The notes beneath the pieces were generated by a model. The model was not told the origin of the DNA. It did no database searches and saw only the letters and a program-made list of their open reading frames with translations. Source: an uncultured virus (IMG/VR IMGVR_UViG_3300023116_006877) (lineage: Duplodnaviria; Heunggongvirae; Uroviricota; Caudoviricetes). From it: DNA of 64,000 bases. A program made the position numbers and the translations under genes. Below are positions 48,181-57,886 of this stretch, in pieces (position 1 is the first letter of the stretch; the number at the start of each line of letters is the position of its first letter). Where the stretch lies: IMG/VR virus record IMGVR_UViG_3300023116_006877, one strand, 5' to 3'.

Positions 48181-50841
48181 CTAAAATTCAAAAAGTTTGT
48201 TAAACGTATTGGTTGTTTCTGTCGATTGTACGTCCCAATTTAATACTCCTATTAGATTATCTATTTTTTGATCAACGATGGTAGATTCCATCGCTTCAGA
48301 ATCAAATGGTAATTCTTGGAACCATTTTGGAATACGTAACTCGTCCACTGGATATGCTATGGAAGTATAATCTAATGGATTGTTTTTTAATTTACATACA
48401 ATTACTTTTGCACCATCTGTGATAGGCATAGAATATTTGTCTCCGTATAGTTCTCTACATTTATTCCAGTTGATGCTGGCACGAACATGACCTGGCATAT
48501 TGGCACGACCTTGTTTGTTTTCTTTTCCGAGATATTCTGTTATCTTATTGGCTCTTTTTGGAGAACCCTTCTCCCAACCGGGTCTTGATTTGAATTCAGC
48601 CCTAAATTCTGATATTCTTTTGAGAACATCTTCTTCGGTTTTATTTGTTAATACCATCATCAACAATTCACTCAAAAAATCTTGTACAAATACAGGTGTG
48701 TCTGATCTTTTTAGATCAAGACCCATTGCCTTCATTTTACCCATGCTACCTTCGGTATCTGTTCTTTGTCCTTCTTTATCAAAATATAGAACTGCATATC
48801 TTTTCTTTGTGATAAAAAGTCCTTTGCTCGCAACAAGTTCTCGTCCTGCCGCTATGACTTCTCCTCTGCTTTTTGGACAATGAAATGCTTTGGTCATGAA
48901 TCCAGCAAAAGATGAATTCACCTCAGATGATATTTTATCATATAAAGCAATAACGTTTTCTTTTTCCCATGGGATTTGTCCTGCTGTTATTTCTTTCTGT
49001 AATGGCTTATAAGCAGAAAAATACACAGAATCTGTATCACCATATATGATAGAATCTCCTTTGTGATCATACTCGCCCGTTATAATTTCATTAGTTTTTG
49101 CCGCCATGTGTTTTGTGATACATCTGCCTGTCAGTGTCACAGATTGTCCGATACGTATGTCAAAGAACCTGCAACCTGGATTTAAGATTGCACCATACAA
49201 ACTGTTCAAGTTAATTTTTTTAACCAGTTGTCTTTTGTCCCAAAATTCTCGTTCAATATCGTTGTCTCCGGCATCGTGCATTTTGCGTTGCATCTCTTTT
49301 CTTTCAGCATACCAACGTTTCAATAGTCCTGGAATGATGGCTTCAAACTCGTATGTAAAAATCGTACCATTGGCAGACAGCATCCATTGATTATTACTAT
49401 TAAAAATTATTTCGTATAATTGTGCCGCGGACATTTTGACTGATGTGTCGTCTTCCCAGTCCACTGTAATTTCTACACCACGATCTTGTTTCATCACTGC
49501 TTGATACTCCCATGAACCAAATTGATTATCCCATGCCGATGCGAATGATTTCTTCTGATGTATTGCTCTGTTAATTTCTGCTGATGTTATAATTGGACGT
49601 ATTTGTCCCACAATAGATTCAGGTCCCATGTTCAATGCACGAATCACGCTAGGATATAGACTGTTTATATCACAACTTCCTATCCAATCATGCAATCCTT
49701 TTTTAGGTGTTGCCACATATGCTCCTGCGGCCTGGGTCGACTCTCCTTCTTGTCTTTTGACTCTACCCGGAACAATCATTCCTCTTCGATGTGCTTCATT
49801 CACAATAGCCTGTTCTGTGACCGCCACTGCACCCATTGTTGTTTGAAGTAAAACAGTGTTTTGGTGTGCGATCTCATTCGCCAGTTCTATGAACTTCAAT
49901 TTCTTCTCAAGTTTGGCCAGCAGTGCCGTGTCTTGTCTATTATATTCTATGAACAATCCAAAATCGTTATTATACAGAGCATCTAGTGATCCTTCGTACA
50001 CAGTTTTTCTTTCTCCTAGTTCATGCTCGCCTATGGCATCTAATCTATACGAATGTCTTTCCTCATAAGTGTATTTTCTATATAGTTCAAGTAAATCTAA
50101 ATGTACTCTTCCAATTAAGTCGTAACTGATCTGTTCTCTGCCATATTTTTCAAAGGTTCTTTTTCTGGGTTTCTCACCCCAAAAACATAAACGCCTTGTG
50201 TCATCGGAACTTAACACTTTTTGTATTCTGCCTACGGTATAGGGTATATCGTATCCCTCCGAGTTCCATCCTGATAATATATCTGCTTCTTCGATCAATG
50301 TTAAAAAAGCATCAAGCATATCTTTTTCTTTTTCAAACAACATCACGTTGCTGAAACGTTCTACTTGTAATTTGGCATTTTCAAAACCCAATTTTTTAGG
50401 TGGTACAGCAAAAGTGACTAATTGATCGGTCCAATTCAAATAACAAGTAATTGCTGTTATAGGCATAAATGGATCATCCGTGGTAGAATATCCTCGTTCA
50501 GGATCAAAGTCTACCTCAATATCAAAAAATACTACATTTAGATTGGGAGCATCTTTGCCTAGATAATTCTCTTCGAGACAACGGAACACAGGATTAATAT
50601 CCTGCTCATAAAGTTTTTTATTTGATCTTATACGTTGTTCTTTTATGAAATTGCTATATGTGTTGGATTGAACTTTTTGTAAAGGTTCACCAAATATGCT
50701 TCTGTGTTTTCCTTTGTTATCGGGATAATAAAATACGTATCTGGCATCATATTCTACAAATTTTCTTTCTCCATTTTTGTTTCTTTCGACAACAAAAACT
50801 TTGTCTTGATCTCTCTTGTAATATGCATCAATATAACTCAT
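48181..50841 (-). CDS. Family B DNA polymerase
   Basis: Exo motifs DIE, GWNSEGYD and YNRQD; pol motifs DINSLYPS, KINLNSLYG, YGDTDS and KKRY. Confidence 0.96.
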   Translation of the reverse strand: MSYIDAYYKRDQDKVFVVERNKNGERKFVEYDARYVFYYPDNKGKHRSIFGEPLQKVQSNTYSNFIKEQRIRSNKKLYEQDINPVFRCLEENYLGKDAPNLNVVFFDIEVDFDPERGYSTTDDPFMPITAITCYLNWTDQLVTFAVPPKKLGFENAKLQVERFSNVMLFEKEKDMLDAFLTLIEEADILSGWNSEGYDIPYTVGRIQKVLSSDDTRRLCFWGEKPRKRTFEKYGREQISYDLIGRVHLDLLELYRKYTYEERHSYRLDAIGEHELGERKTVYEGSLDALYNNDFGLFIEYNRQDTALLAKLEKKLKFIELANEIAHQNTVLLQTTMGAVAVTEQAIVNEAHRRGMIVPGRVKRQEGESTQAAGAYVATPKKGLHDWIGSCDINSLYPSVIRALNMGPESIVGQIRPIITSAEINRAIHQKKSFASAWDNQFGSWEYQAVMKQDRGVEITVDWEDDTSVKMSAAQLYEIIFNSNNQWMLSANGTIFTYEFEAIIPGLLKRWYAERKEMQRKMHDAGDNDIEREFWDKRQLVKKINLNSLYGAILNPGCRFFDIRIGQSVTLTGRCITKHMAAKTNEIITGEYDHKGDSIIYGDTDSVYFSAYKPLQKEITAGQIPWEKENVIALYDKISSEVNSSFAGFMTKAFHCPKSRGEVIAAGRELVASKGLFITKKRYAVLYFDKEGQRTDTEGSMGKMKAMGLDLKRSDTPVFVQDFLSELLMMVLTNKTEEDVLKRISEFRAEFKSRPGWEKGSPKRANKITEYLGKENKQGRANMPGHVRASINWNKCRELYGDKYSMPITDGAKVIVCKLKNNPLDYTSIAYPVDELRIPKWFQELPFDSEAMESTIVDQKIDNLIGVLNWDVQSTETTNTFNKLFEF

Positions 50842-50844
50842 TTT

Positions 50845-51129
50845 TTACCACCAATAACTTGCAACACCAAACCCATATATGTTTATGATCGAAAAATATC
50901 CTGTGAGCACCATTACGAATGCGGCTCCTCTTCTGTAAGCGGCATAACATTGAGTTGTGGCACCAACAAAAAATGCAGGATATATGACGGTCAGATCAGG
51001 ATTATCGGCTGTTATTGCCAAAGTTAAACTTGCTCCAACAGTGAAAATAAAACTTATTAATTCAAAGTAAAAGGCTACATTATCTGATTGATAACTTTTT
51101 ATCCAGAATTTTTTGATATCACCATACAC
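50845..51129 (-). CDS. Small membrane protein
   Basis: Three hydrophobic segments. Confidence 0.65.
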   Translation of the reverse strand: MYGDIKKFWIKSYQSDNVAFYFELISFIFTVGASLTLAITADNPDLTVIYPAFFVGATTQCYAAYRRGAAFVMVLTGYFSIINIYGFGVASYWW

Positions 51130-51386
51130 TAGATTTTTCCAGCGGCCGCTAATATAGAATCAACCATGTCCATATCATCTGTCACAGTTTTGTAAGAATC
51201 TTTGTGTGCAATGGTAATTGCCTTATTGATTAATCCTGGTTTGATTTCTAATTCTTCTGCTATGGCCTTGACTGTGTCTCTCAATCCGCCTTTGAGATCA
51301 TCAATCTCTCCCAGCACCTGAGAACCTTCTCTTATGATTTGTATTATTTTTTGTTTTTCTGCGTCATTAAAATTTTTACCTGACAT
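51129..51386 (-). CDS. Small DNA-binding protein (T4 DsbA-like, tentative)
   Basis: Helical 85 aa 'I.DLK..LRD.VK.IAEELEIKP..INKA'; GGAG RBS and TTGATC-17-TATAAT at 51411-51439. Confidence 0.5.
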   Translation of the reverse strand: MSGKNFNDAEKQKIIQIIREGSQVLGEIDDLKGGLRDTVKAIAEELEIKPGLINKAITIAHKDSYKTVTDDMDMVDSILAAAGKI

Positions 51387-51458
51387 ATATGTCTCCTTTG
51401 TTAATCGTTTATTATACATTAGATTTTTAAATAGATCAACTGATTATAATCGGTTGTA

Positions 51459-52127
51459 TTAATTTACCAGGTAGTTGTTATCTATTAAGTTATTCGCCAT
51501 CGAAACAAAAGAATGATTCTTTCTTTCTTGTCTAGCCAATCTAAGTGTTAAAACTATCCTTGTGTGTCTACTATTGTTATAAAAACTATGCCATTGTTCA
51601 GTGGTCATGAAAAGAACATTATTGGGATCCATTATGGTTTGTGCCTTTGCCTCAAATTTATCAGTATTGGTAAAATCTAAAAATACATTACGAGAATATC
51701 TACTGTGCTGTATTTTTTCTTTTTCAAAGGTTTGATCATCGTACCATTTTGTAACACATTTATCATCAGATATCTTGATAGGTATGTTGAAACTTATATT
51801 ATGTGGACCCGCTCTGCCTTTTTCTAGGACGGGACCATCTTTGTGTACTCCTCCTCCTCCGTAAGCAGGAGTTATGAACAGCGCCACTCTGTTGGCATCA
51901 AAGTTATACAGTTTAGATAATGGAAACATATCTATTATTTTCTGTCCGTCTATAGGATCTAGATTAACGTGATTGTATGTTTTAGACAAGTTACCGTCGT
52001 CTTTTTTCATAGTCGCTGTTTTTATTGCAAGACTTTGCACTACACGTTTCTTAATGTCTTCTAAATTAGGTATCTCGAATTTGATAAAGTACGGAGATCT
52101 ATTTTCTATGAGTTTTAGAGTTTGCAT
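51459..52127 (-). CDS. 2OG-Fe(II) oxygenase-like protein
   Basis: HKD...SFNIP...WHS..N...R.VLTLR. Confidence 0.6.
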   Translation of the reverse strand: MQTLKLIENRSPYFIKFEIPNLEDIKKRVVQSLAIKTATMKKDDGNLSKTYNHVNLDPIDGQKIIDMFPLSKLYNFDANRVALFITPAYGGGGVHKDGPVLEKGRAGPHNISFNIPIKISDDKCVTKWYDDQTFEKEKIQHSRYSRNVFLDFTNTDKFEAKAQTIMDPNNVLFMTTEQWHSFYNNSRHTRIVLTLRLARQERKNHSFVSMANNLIDNNYLVN

Positions 52128-52203
52128 ATTTCATATTACCAAATGTAGATACCACAATATACCGCTGTTGATATAATTAACATCCAGAAAATTAATTTAT
52201 ACA

Positions 52204-52806
52204 TTACTCTACGTTTCCTTTGTGACGACCTTTTTTGGCAGTTTCGCCTTTTTGCATGGCTTCTGCCCAGACTATCATGTTGTTGACCAAACTTTTGACC
52301 ATACCGATAGTTTCGGAATCCTTCAGTATGTTATTTCTACCCTGTGCTTCTGATTCTATATTACACAAAGGTGGTGTAGTCAAAGATAAGTTTGATGCAA
52401 AACTGTATAAGGTACCTGTGATATGTTGCCAACCATCAACTCCTCCCGAAACAATACTGCCAAACACTTTGCCCATCATGGGTTTGTAATGGTTGTTATC
52501 CAAACTCCACGTATCAATATAGTCTAATCTTTCTATCAATGCCTGTGTATGACTACTGAACATACCCCACCAAATAGGTGTGGCAATAATAATTCCACTC
52601 ATTTCAGGTTGTATCATTTTGTGGATTATCGGACGTAAGTCGTCGTCGTGATCTTCTGTGGTATTTTTATAGTTTAACTCTGCCATGTTAACGATTTCAC
52701 ACTCGTGGCCTAACTTTTCAAAACCTTTCTGTACCATTTCACAAACAACTGATGTGTTTGATTCTGTACTTGGTTTAAGTGTTCCGTTTATAATAATAAA
52801 TTTCAT
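52204..52806 (-). CDS. Flavodoxin-like NAD(P)H-dependent FMN reductase
   Basis: INGTLK...SNT, ATPIWWG, 'IERLD' and GKV.G.IVSG..DG. Confidence 0.85.
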   Translation of the reverse strand: MKFIIINGTLKPSTESNTSVVCEMVQKGFEKLGHECEIVNMAELNYKNTTEDHDDDLRPIIHKMIQPEMSGIIIATPIWWGMFSSHTQALIERLDYIDTWSLDNNHYKPMMGKVFGSIVSGGVDGWQHITGTLYSFASNLSLTTPPLCNIESEAQGRNNILKDSETIGMVKSLVNNMIVWAEAMQKGETAKKGRHKGNVE

Positions 52807-52958
52807 TATTTTTTCTTAATTGGAACGCAGTTGTCTACAGTCTTGCCACCTTTTTTCTTTGTGCCCATTCTCTTGTAGCCTTTCCAACAAGCCTTGCCGT
52901 CAACGCCTTTTTGTTTCTCTTCTGGTAGGTGTTTTTCTGTAACTTCGTATATTCTCAT
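52806..52958 (-). CDS. Small basic protein (50 aa)
   Basis: MRIYEVTE...CWKGYKRMGTKKKGGKTVDNCVP; ATG follows the upstream stop. Confidence 0.7.
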   Translation of the reverse strand: MRIYEVTEKHLPEEKQKGVDGKACWKGYKRMGTKKKGGKTVDNCVPIKKK

Positions 52959-52959
52959 A

Positions 52960-53754
52960 TTACCACTTCCTACATGACCAATATCTTGCTTTGGTTTTCG
53001 GTCCTGGGTTAGCACAGTTGTGTCTCGCCCTAAAACTTTTTCTCGCCTTTGGATTAGACTTTCTAATCTTCATGGTTTTCTGTCCGGCTTTCCTCGCTGA
53101 ACTTCCACCATGTCCGAAATTAACTTTCTTCACGTTTCCAGATTTGGGATCTTTCACATAAACTTTGAATTTTTTAATATCACCACGCATGGGTTTGTTC
53201 AGTGGTACTTTTCTGCCTCTGTATTCTGCGTCGAACAGTTCCGTTTCGTCTTCTGGAAAGCCTAGGTAACCGAATGCTTCAAAGAACGCATCATCGTCCT
53301 CGAACGTCATCTCGTCCTCTTCTGGGAATGGATCGTATTCACTTTCGTCCAGGGCCACTAGGGCCTCCTCTGCGTTGGTCAGTGACTGTATGGCAGATTT
53401 CTTGGCTTCCTCGTCCACTGACAGTGCTTCGACCCTGTCCTTGATCTGTGATATGTCCAGCATCACCTTTGTGAATTCAATCTTGTCGTCATCCGCCAGT
53501 TCGTTGATCTCGTTTGTTGGCACGTTCAACCCATCTATTCTGTTTATTAAATTTTTCATGTCTTCCATAGTGATCGATTCTCCCATCTTCATTTGTGTTG
53601 GATCTTTTATAAATTCTTTTGTTTTTTTTAATCCTCTAGAGCCTGCGGACACAGGTGCTTCTGCTTGTTGCCCAGCATCAATGGTGCCTGTCTGAGTCAT
53701 ACGACTCATGTCGTCTAGGTATTGTTTGTAAGAAAATATTGGTATATTACTCAT
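52960..53754 (-). CDS. Late protein with acidic N-half and basic C-terminal domain
   Basis: 'KKVNFG...RKSFRARHNC...ARYWSCRKW'; ATAAATA upstream. Confidence 0.7.
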   Translation of the reverse strand: MSNIPIFSYKQYLDDMSRMTQTGTIDAGQQAEAPVSAGSRGLKKTKEFIKDPTQMKMGESITMEDMKNLINRIDGLNVPTNEINELADDDKIEFTKVMLDISQIKDRVEALSVDEEAKKSAIQSLTNAEEALVALDESEYDPFPEEDEMTFEDDDAFFEAFGYLGFPEDETELFDAEYRGRKVPLNKPMRGDIKKFKVYVKDPKSGNVKKVNFGHGGSSARKAGQKTMKIRKSNPKARKSFRARHNCANPGPKTKARYWSCRKW

Positions 53755-53768
53755 ATACTGATATTTAT

Positions 53769-53927
53769 CTATTTCAGTATATGCTTCAACTGAGAACCAC
53801 TCATGTTACCAGCAGGAGCATTGTGCTTCATGTGGTATCCGCTACCCGTTCTTATATGTATTTTAGGATCGAATGTGGTTTGTTCTTTATAATTTTTATT
53901 GTGTGTTTTTTTGTTTCTTTTTTTCAT
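53769..53927 (-). CDS. Small basic protein (52 aa); absent from ORF track
   Basis: Hand translation MKKRNKKTHNKNYKEQTTFDPKIHIRTGSGYHMKHNAPAGNMSGSQLKHILK fills the gap. Confidence 0.55.
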   Translation of the reverse strand: MKKRNKKTHNKNYKEQTTFDPKIHIRTGSGYHMKHNAPAGNMSGSQLKHILK

Positions 53928-53957
53928 TCTAATATTTGATGAAAAAAGAAGAAAGTT

Positions 53958-54986
53958 TTATTTTTTGTTTTCGGACAACTCGTCTTTGTAACTCACCTGC
54001 TCGTCAATGCCATCACCTAACACGTCTAATACAGCGTCTTTACTTGCCATGGTATGAACATGAATTTTATTATGTGCTTGTTCGCTTGGATGTACTTCAG
54101 CATCAATACCTGCTTTTTTTAACATTGATTGAATTCTCATAGCGTCTTCGTCACTTACAGCATTTTCTTGATTGTAATCACCTGCTAAAGTAATTTCGTG
54201 TGCGTGTGGGTCACTTTGTCCTTCGTAACCTGCTTCTCTTATTATTCCTGAACCACCACACACTTCACAGTCATCTTCTCCGTGTTTACCTGTTCCGTCA
54301 CAGTGTGTGCATTTTGCCGGTTCTGCTTCCATCTCTTCTATCTCTTTATCGTTATCGATTTCTTGTACAACTTTTTCTTCGTTTTTCTCAGCGTCTGCTA
54401 TAATTTCTTTAGTTTCAGCAGTCTTGATTAGAATAGTTTTTTGTTCTTCGTTGTAAACTGCTTCATTGTCGGAAATGCTGTTGTATAGTTCTGACAATTG
54501 ATTTTCGTCGGCATTTTTAATATATTCTTCAATTTCTGCAGAAATAATTTTTTTGAAAGATTCAGCATCATGAGTTTGCTCATTTTTTTGTTCTGCTTTT
54601 AGTTCTGCCAGTTGTGCCTCCAACTCAGCAATCTTGTCAAGTCTCTTTGAATCTTCTGTAACTTCTTTTTTAATCTTGGTTGAAATAGAAGTATCGGTGT
54701 CTGATTCTTTTATTGCTTTTGTTATTATAGATTCTTTAGTCGGTTGATCGTTAACAATCGACTCTATTAATTTTTCTGCTTCTTTGGAAACTTTTGGGTC
54801 TGTGTATTCCTTGATCCCGGCCAATTTAGCAATGTCGGCCAAACTCACATCTTTGTCATCTAATATTCTTGGTTCTTGCTTTGCCGCTTCCAACAGTTGT
54901 TGTCGTTCTTGTTCAGGAGATATGTTGCTCAATTCCTTAAGTCTTTCAACTATATCTAACCAATCACTGTGATGTTTTTTTGCCAT
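53958..54986 (-). CDS. Acidic late protein with DnaJ-type Zn-finger repeat
   Basis: CTHCDGTG...CEVCGGSG; perfect TATAAATA at 54993-55000. Confidence 0.7.
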   Translation of the reverse strand: MAKKHHSDWLDIVERLKELSNISPEQERQQLLEAAKQEPRILDDKDVSLADIAKLAGIKEYTDPKVSKEAEKLIESIVNDQPTKESIITKAIKESDTDTSISTKIKKEVTEDSKRLDKIAELEAQLAELKAEQKNEQTHDAESFKKIISAEIEEYIKNADENQLSELYNSISDNEAVYNEEQKTILIKTAETKEIIADAEKNEEKVVQEIDNDKEIEEMEAEPAKCTHCDGTGKHGEDDCEVCGGSGIIREAGYEGQSDPHAHEITLAGDYNQENAVSDEDAMRIQSMLKKAGIDAEVHPSEQAHNKIHVHTMASKDAVLDVLGDGIDEQVSYKDELSENKK

Positions 54987-54992
54987 ATGAAC

Positions 54993-55000
54993 TATTTATA
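54993..55000 (-). promoter_or_regulatory. T4-type late promoter TATAAATA, 6 nt before ATG
   Basis: Exact T4 late consensus. ATAAATA also occurs at 53762, 56377, 57232, 59047, 59504, 61402 and 62858, each just upstream of a start. Confidence 0.75.
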
Positions 55001-55030
55001 TTGAGTTATGCTATTATTTATATTATTGTT

Positions 55031-56371
55031 TTATGATTTTAGACTGTTTTTGAAAGCAAATGTCCAGGTTTCTCCTAGTTTTTTACCCATCATATCCACT
55101 AATCTATTGGTATAAAGCACTGTTTTTGATTCACCTGTGGTTGCTAATTTCTCTTTTCTTTTCACCAACATCTTTTTTAATAATTCGTCTTTATTTGTAT
55201 TTGGATCATTTTGTATTTGTTGTAACGTTTGTACTTTATCTTGATATGCTTCTTTGTCTTGTTTTTGTTTTATCAAATCAATTTTATTTTTTGCCATGGA
55301 ATATTCATTTACCGATTCTGTACTCATGAATTTTGAATACTTGTCTTGTAGGTATTTTATGTGATTCAAGTCCTTGCCCGAGCTCAATCTAACTTTGGCA
55401 TCTGATATATCTGTTTTGATCATTTTTGCCAAATCGTCATTTCCAGCATCGACGGCCATTTCGTATGCTGTGTTCATGGCCTGGATCGCAGGTACACTGT
55501 TATCAATCGCATTATTGATTGAACCCATGCCCGCAACAGCACCAACAATTATTCCAGCGGCCGCTAATTTTTTCATCCAATCTTTGATGCCTTCATCTAG
55601 CATATCGTTTTCTTTGAAAGCAAATGTATGTTGTGTGATTGAGATATCTTTCACACCGGTTGTATTTTTTAATTCCGATGCCCTCTTTTTAGCATCATCT
55701 TTGTTTTTGTATGCCTGTGCTAATCTTTTTCCATCACGTTCATATCTCACAGCAAAACCTTGTTGTATTCCTTCTTTGCTGATTGCTTCTGTTTTTTCTC
55801 GACACATTTTCTTTTCAACTTCTTGTACTCTTTTCTTTAAGATGTTTAACATACCAGGTTTGGTCTCTATATCATCGGCTGGAGTTTCTTTTGATAAGAT
55901 TTCATCGATGTTTTTTTGAATCACTTGTGAATGCTTTTGTAATACATTTTGTTCCAATTGCTCTCTGTAAGGATTCAACCTTTGGTAATCCTCATAGTGG
56001 TAAACAGCATCCAACATATCCACAGCACGATTCATTTTGGTTTGTACCCATGCCTCTATGTCATCACCCGGTTTAACTAAAGTTGAAATTTTTAAACAAT
56101 ATTTTGCAATCTTGTACATTTGGCTCTTGGCCATGTGTCCTTCGCCGGCATCTTCGGACATTTCCTGACCTTCTAGATAGTGTCCTACGGATGATATGTA
56201 TGAACTGGCTAGATCTAATTTTTTTGCCACCCAACTTTCCATCTCCTGGTCGTTGTCGATCATGTTATGAATTTTTATGGCATACTTTCCTGCCCTGATA
56301 GTTTGGTTCAAGAACATACTTGCTTCGTATGTGTCAGGCAGTACAGGAGTGTTCAATTCGTTTATTTTCAT
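55031..56371 (-). CDS. Late protein with internal tandem domain repeat
   Basis: Two copies of 'E..M...Q.....KY...I.......E.WV..K...A......V.HY'. Confidence 0.7.
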   Translation of the reverse strand: MKINELNTPVLPDTYEASMFLNQTIRAGKYAIKIHNMIDNDQEMESWVAKKLDLASSYISSVGHYLEGQEMSEDAGEGHMAKSQMYKIAKYCLKISTLVKPGDDIEAWVQTKMNRAVDMLDAVYHYEDYQRLNPYREQLEQNVLQKHSQVIQKNIDEILSKETPADDIETKPGMLNILKKRVQEVEKKMCREKTEAISKEGIQQGFAVRYERDGKRLAQAYKNKDDAKKRASELKNTTGVKDISITQHTFAFKENDMLDEGIKDWMKKLAAAGIIVGAVAGMGSINNAIDNSVPAIQAMNTAYEMAVDAGNDDLAKMIKTDISDAKVRLSSGKDLNHIKYLQDKYSKFMSTESVNEYSMAKNKIDLIKQKQDKEAYQDKVQTLQQIQNDPNTNKDELLKKMLVKRKEKLATTGESKTVLYTNRLVDMMGKKLGETWTFAFKNSLKS

Positions 56372-56382
56372 ATCAATATTTA

Positions 56383-56814
56383 TTAGTTAAATCCAAAGTG
56401 TGTCACCTCTGGATATTTTTGAATTATTTTTCTTGCCAACTCGTTATGGTACTTCACTTGTTGATTCATGTATCCTTCCGGCCTACCGCCACTGTACATT
56501 GTAGGACCTCCTGGATTTTGGTCAACTGTTGTTGGCTCTTCTGGTGATGGTTTGCCAATATTCTTTTGAAGCCATTGTGTTGTTCTGGCAATAAATTCTT
56601 TTGCTGGAACAGGAGGCATGTCTTCAAAATCTGGATCATATCCCAACGTGTTCAAAAAAATTCTCATACTGGCATTGCTCATATAAGGAGTGTCTAACTC
56701 CTCATCATTCTGCCATTTATCTGGAAAAGTCCAAATTCTCTGTTCTTTGTCTTTTGGATCTTTGTAGTAAGGCATCATGGAAGCGCCTTCGTTTATGACT
56801 TCATTAATTTTCAT
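56383..56814 (-). CDS. Hypothetical late protein
   Basis: Starts MKINEVINE. Confidence 0.7.
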   Translation of the reverse strand: MKINEVINEGASMMPYYKDPKDKEQRIWTFPDKWQNDEELDTPYMSNASMRIFLNTLGYDPDFEDMPPVPAKEFIARTTQWLQKNIGKPSPEEPTTVDQNPGGPTMYSGGRPEGYMNQQVKYHNELARKIIQKYPEVTHFGFN

Positions 56815-56968
56815 CTTTGTGCCTACAGTGTTTACAGCATTCGATAGTGACCGGTTTCATATCTCCGTCGTGTAAGTCTTGCATACAAGATCCTCCACAA
56901 TGACAGTCATGTCCGCAATTTTGACAAGTCAATATCCATTCTTTTTTTAACAATAAAATATCACTCAT
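56804..56968 (-). CDS. Cys/His-rich small protein (54 aa); absent from ORF track
   Basis: MSDILLLKKEWILTCQNCGHDCHCGGSCMQDLHDGDMKPVTIECCKHCRHKDEN; TAATG-coupled to the upstream gene. Confidence 0.7.
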   Translation of the reverse strand: MSDILLLKKEWILTCQNCGHDCHCGGSCMQDLHDGDMKPVTIECCKHCRHKDEN

Positions 56969-57222
56969 TATCTTCTCACCACTCCTGGTCCTCCAAACAA
57001 GGATGTACCGGTCATGTCCAGTGCATTATCTTTGGGAGTTTGTTTCTTGATTTTTGGAAGGTTAGGTGCCTTGGTTCCCGAAACTCCCGGTGTTCCTGTG
57101 TATGATTTTTTAAATCTATCGGGTCCGATCGCTATATGTGGAGATACAACAGAAGCAATATTACCAGATGATGTTGCACCTGCTGTCGCTGTTTCTTTTA
57201 TTAAAACTTCTTTGATTCTCAT
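56968..57222 (-). CDS. Small late protein
   Basis: MRIKEVLIKE-TATAGATSSGNIASV; ATAAATA upstream. Confidence 0.7.
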   Translation of the reverse strand: MRIKEVLIKETATAGATSSGNIASVVSPHIAIGPDRFKKSYTGTPGVSGTKAPNLPKIKKQTPKDNALDMTGTSLFGGPGVVRR

Positions 57223-57238
57223 GATTAGTAGTATTTAT

Positions 57239-57886
57239 TTAGATATCGAATAAGTTTTTGTAACCTTCATACACTTTTTGTATGAATGCGGGCCTTCTAA
57301 TCCAGAATTTTCGAGGATATTTCATATTTTTAGGTATCAACATTCCATATTTTTTATATAATTTGACAGAATAATAGCCGCTACCTCCAAATTTAAGATG
57401 TCTTATTTCTTTAACTTCTTCACCCTTATGCAATCCTTCTATACGATGAAACGACACGTATTCAATCAAATTAAACAGTCCGTTTTTGTCATCGGAATTA
57501 TTATGACCTCTTAATTTAACTCTCATATTTTCAAATCTTTCATGAATGGAATCTCCTTTATTGGCAAACCAATGGAATTGATAGAGGTTATCCATTTGGG
57601 GTTCAGGAAAAAAATGTATATCTTCCAACCAGATATTGGTATCTTTGGTCATGAATCCGTTGGTCCAGTTGTTGTCATGATTTAAAATTTTTAATTTTAT
57701 TTCCGTTTCTTGGAGATCTTTGGGTACTTCAACGATGTACGAAAGTATTTTTGGTTTTTTTGGATCATCAAATTTATGTTCAGACACATGAAATTCATCT
57801 ATCATAGAGTCTCTGAAGTATACTCTAACTCTGGGTTCGTACCTGTAAATTTGTGCTCTGAATGATAAAATTAAAACGTACTTCAT
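57239..57886 (-). CDS. Hypothetical protein
   Basis: 215 aa coupled ORF. Confidence 0.65.
   Translation of the reverse strand: MKYVLILSFRAQIYRYEPRVRVYFRDSMIDEFHVSEHKFDDPKKPKILSYIVEVPKDLQETEIKLKILNHDNNWTNGFMTKDTNIWLEDIHFFPEPQMDNLYQFHWFANKGDSIHERFENMRVKLRGHNNSDDKNGLFNLIEYVSFHRIEGLHKGEEVKEIRHLKFGGSGYYSVKLYKKYGMLIPKNMKYPRKFWIRRPAFIQKVYEGYKNLFDI

Noticed and set aside
48181..50841. Intein or intron in DNA polymerase
   Set aside because: Continuous 886-aa ORF with normally spaced motifs.
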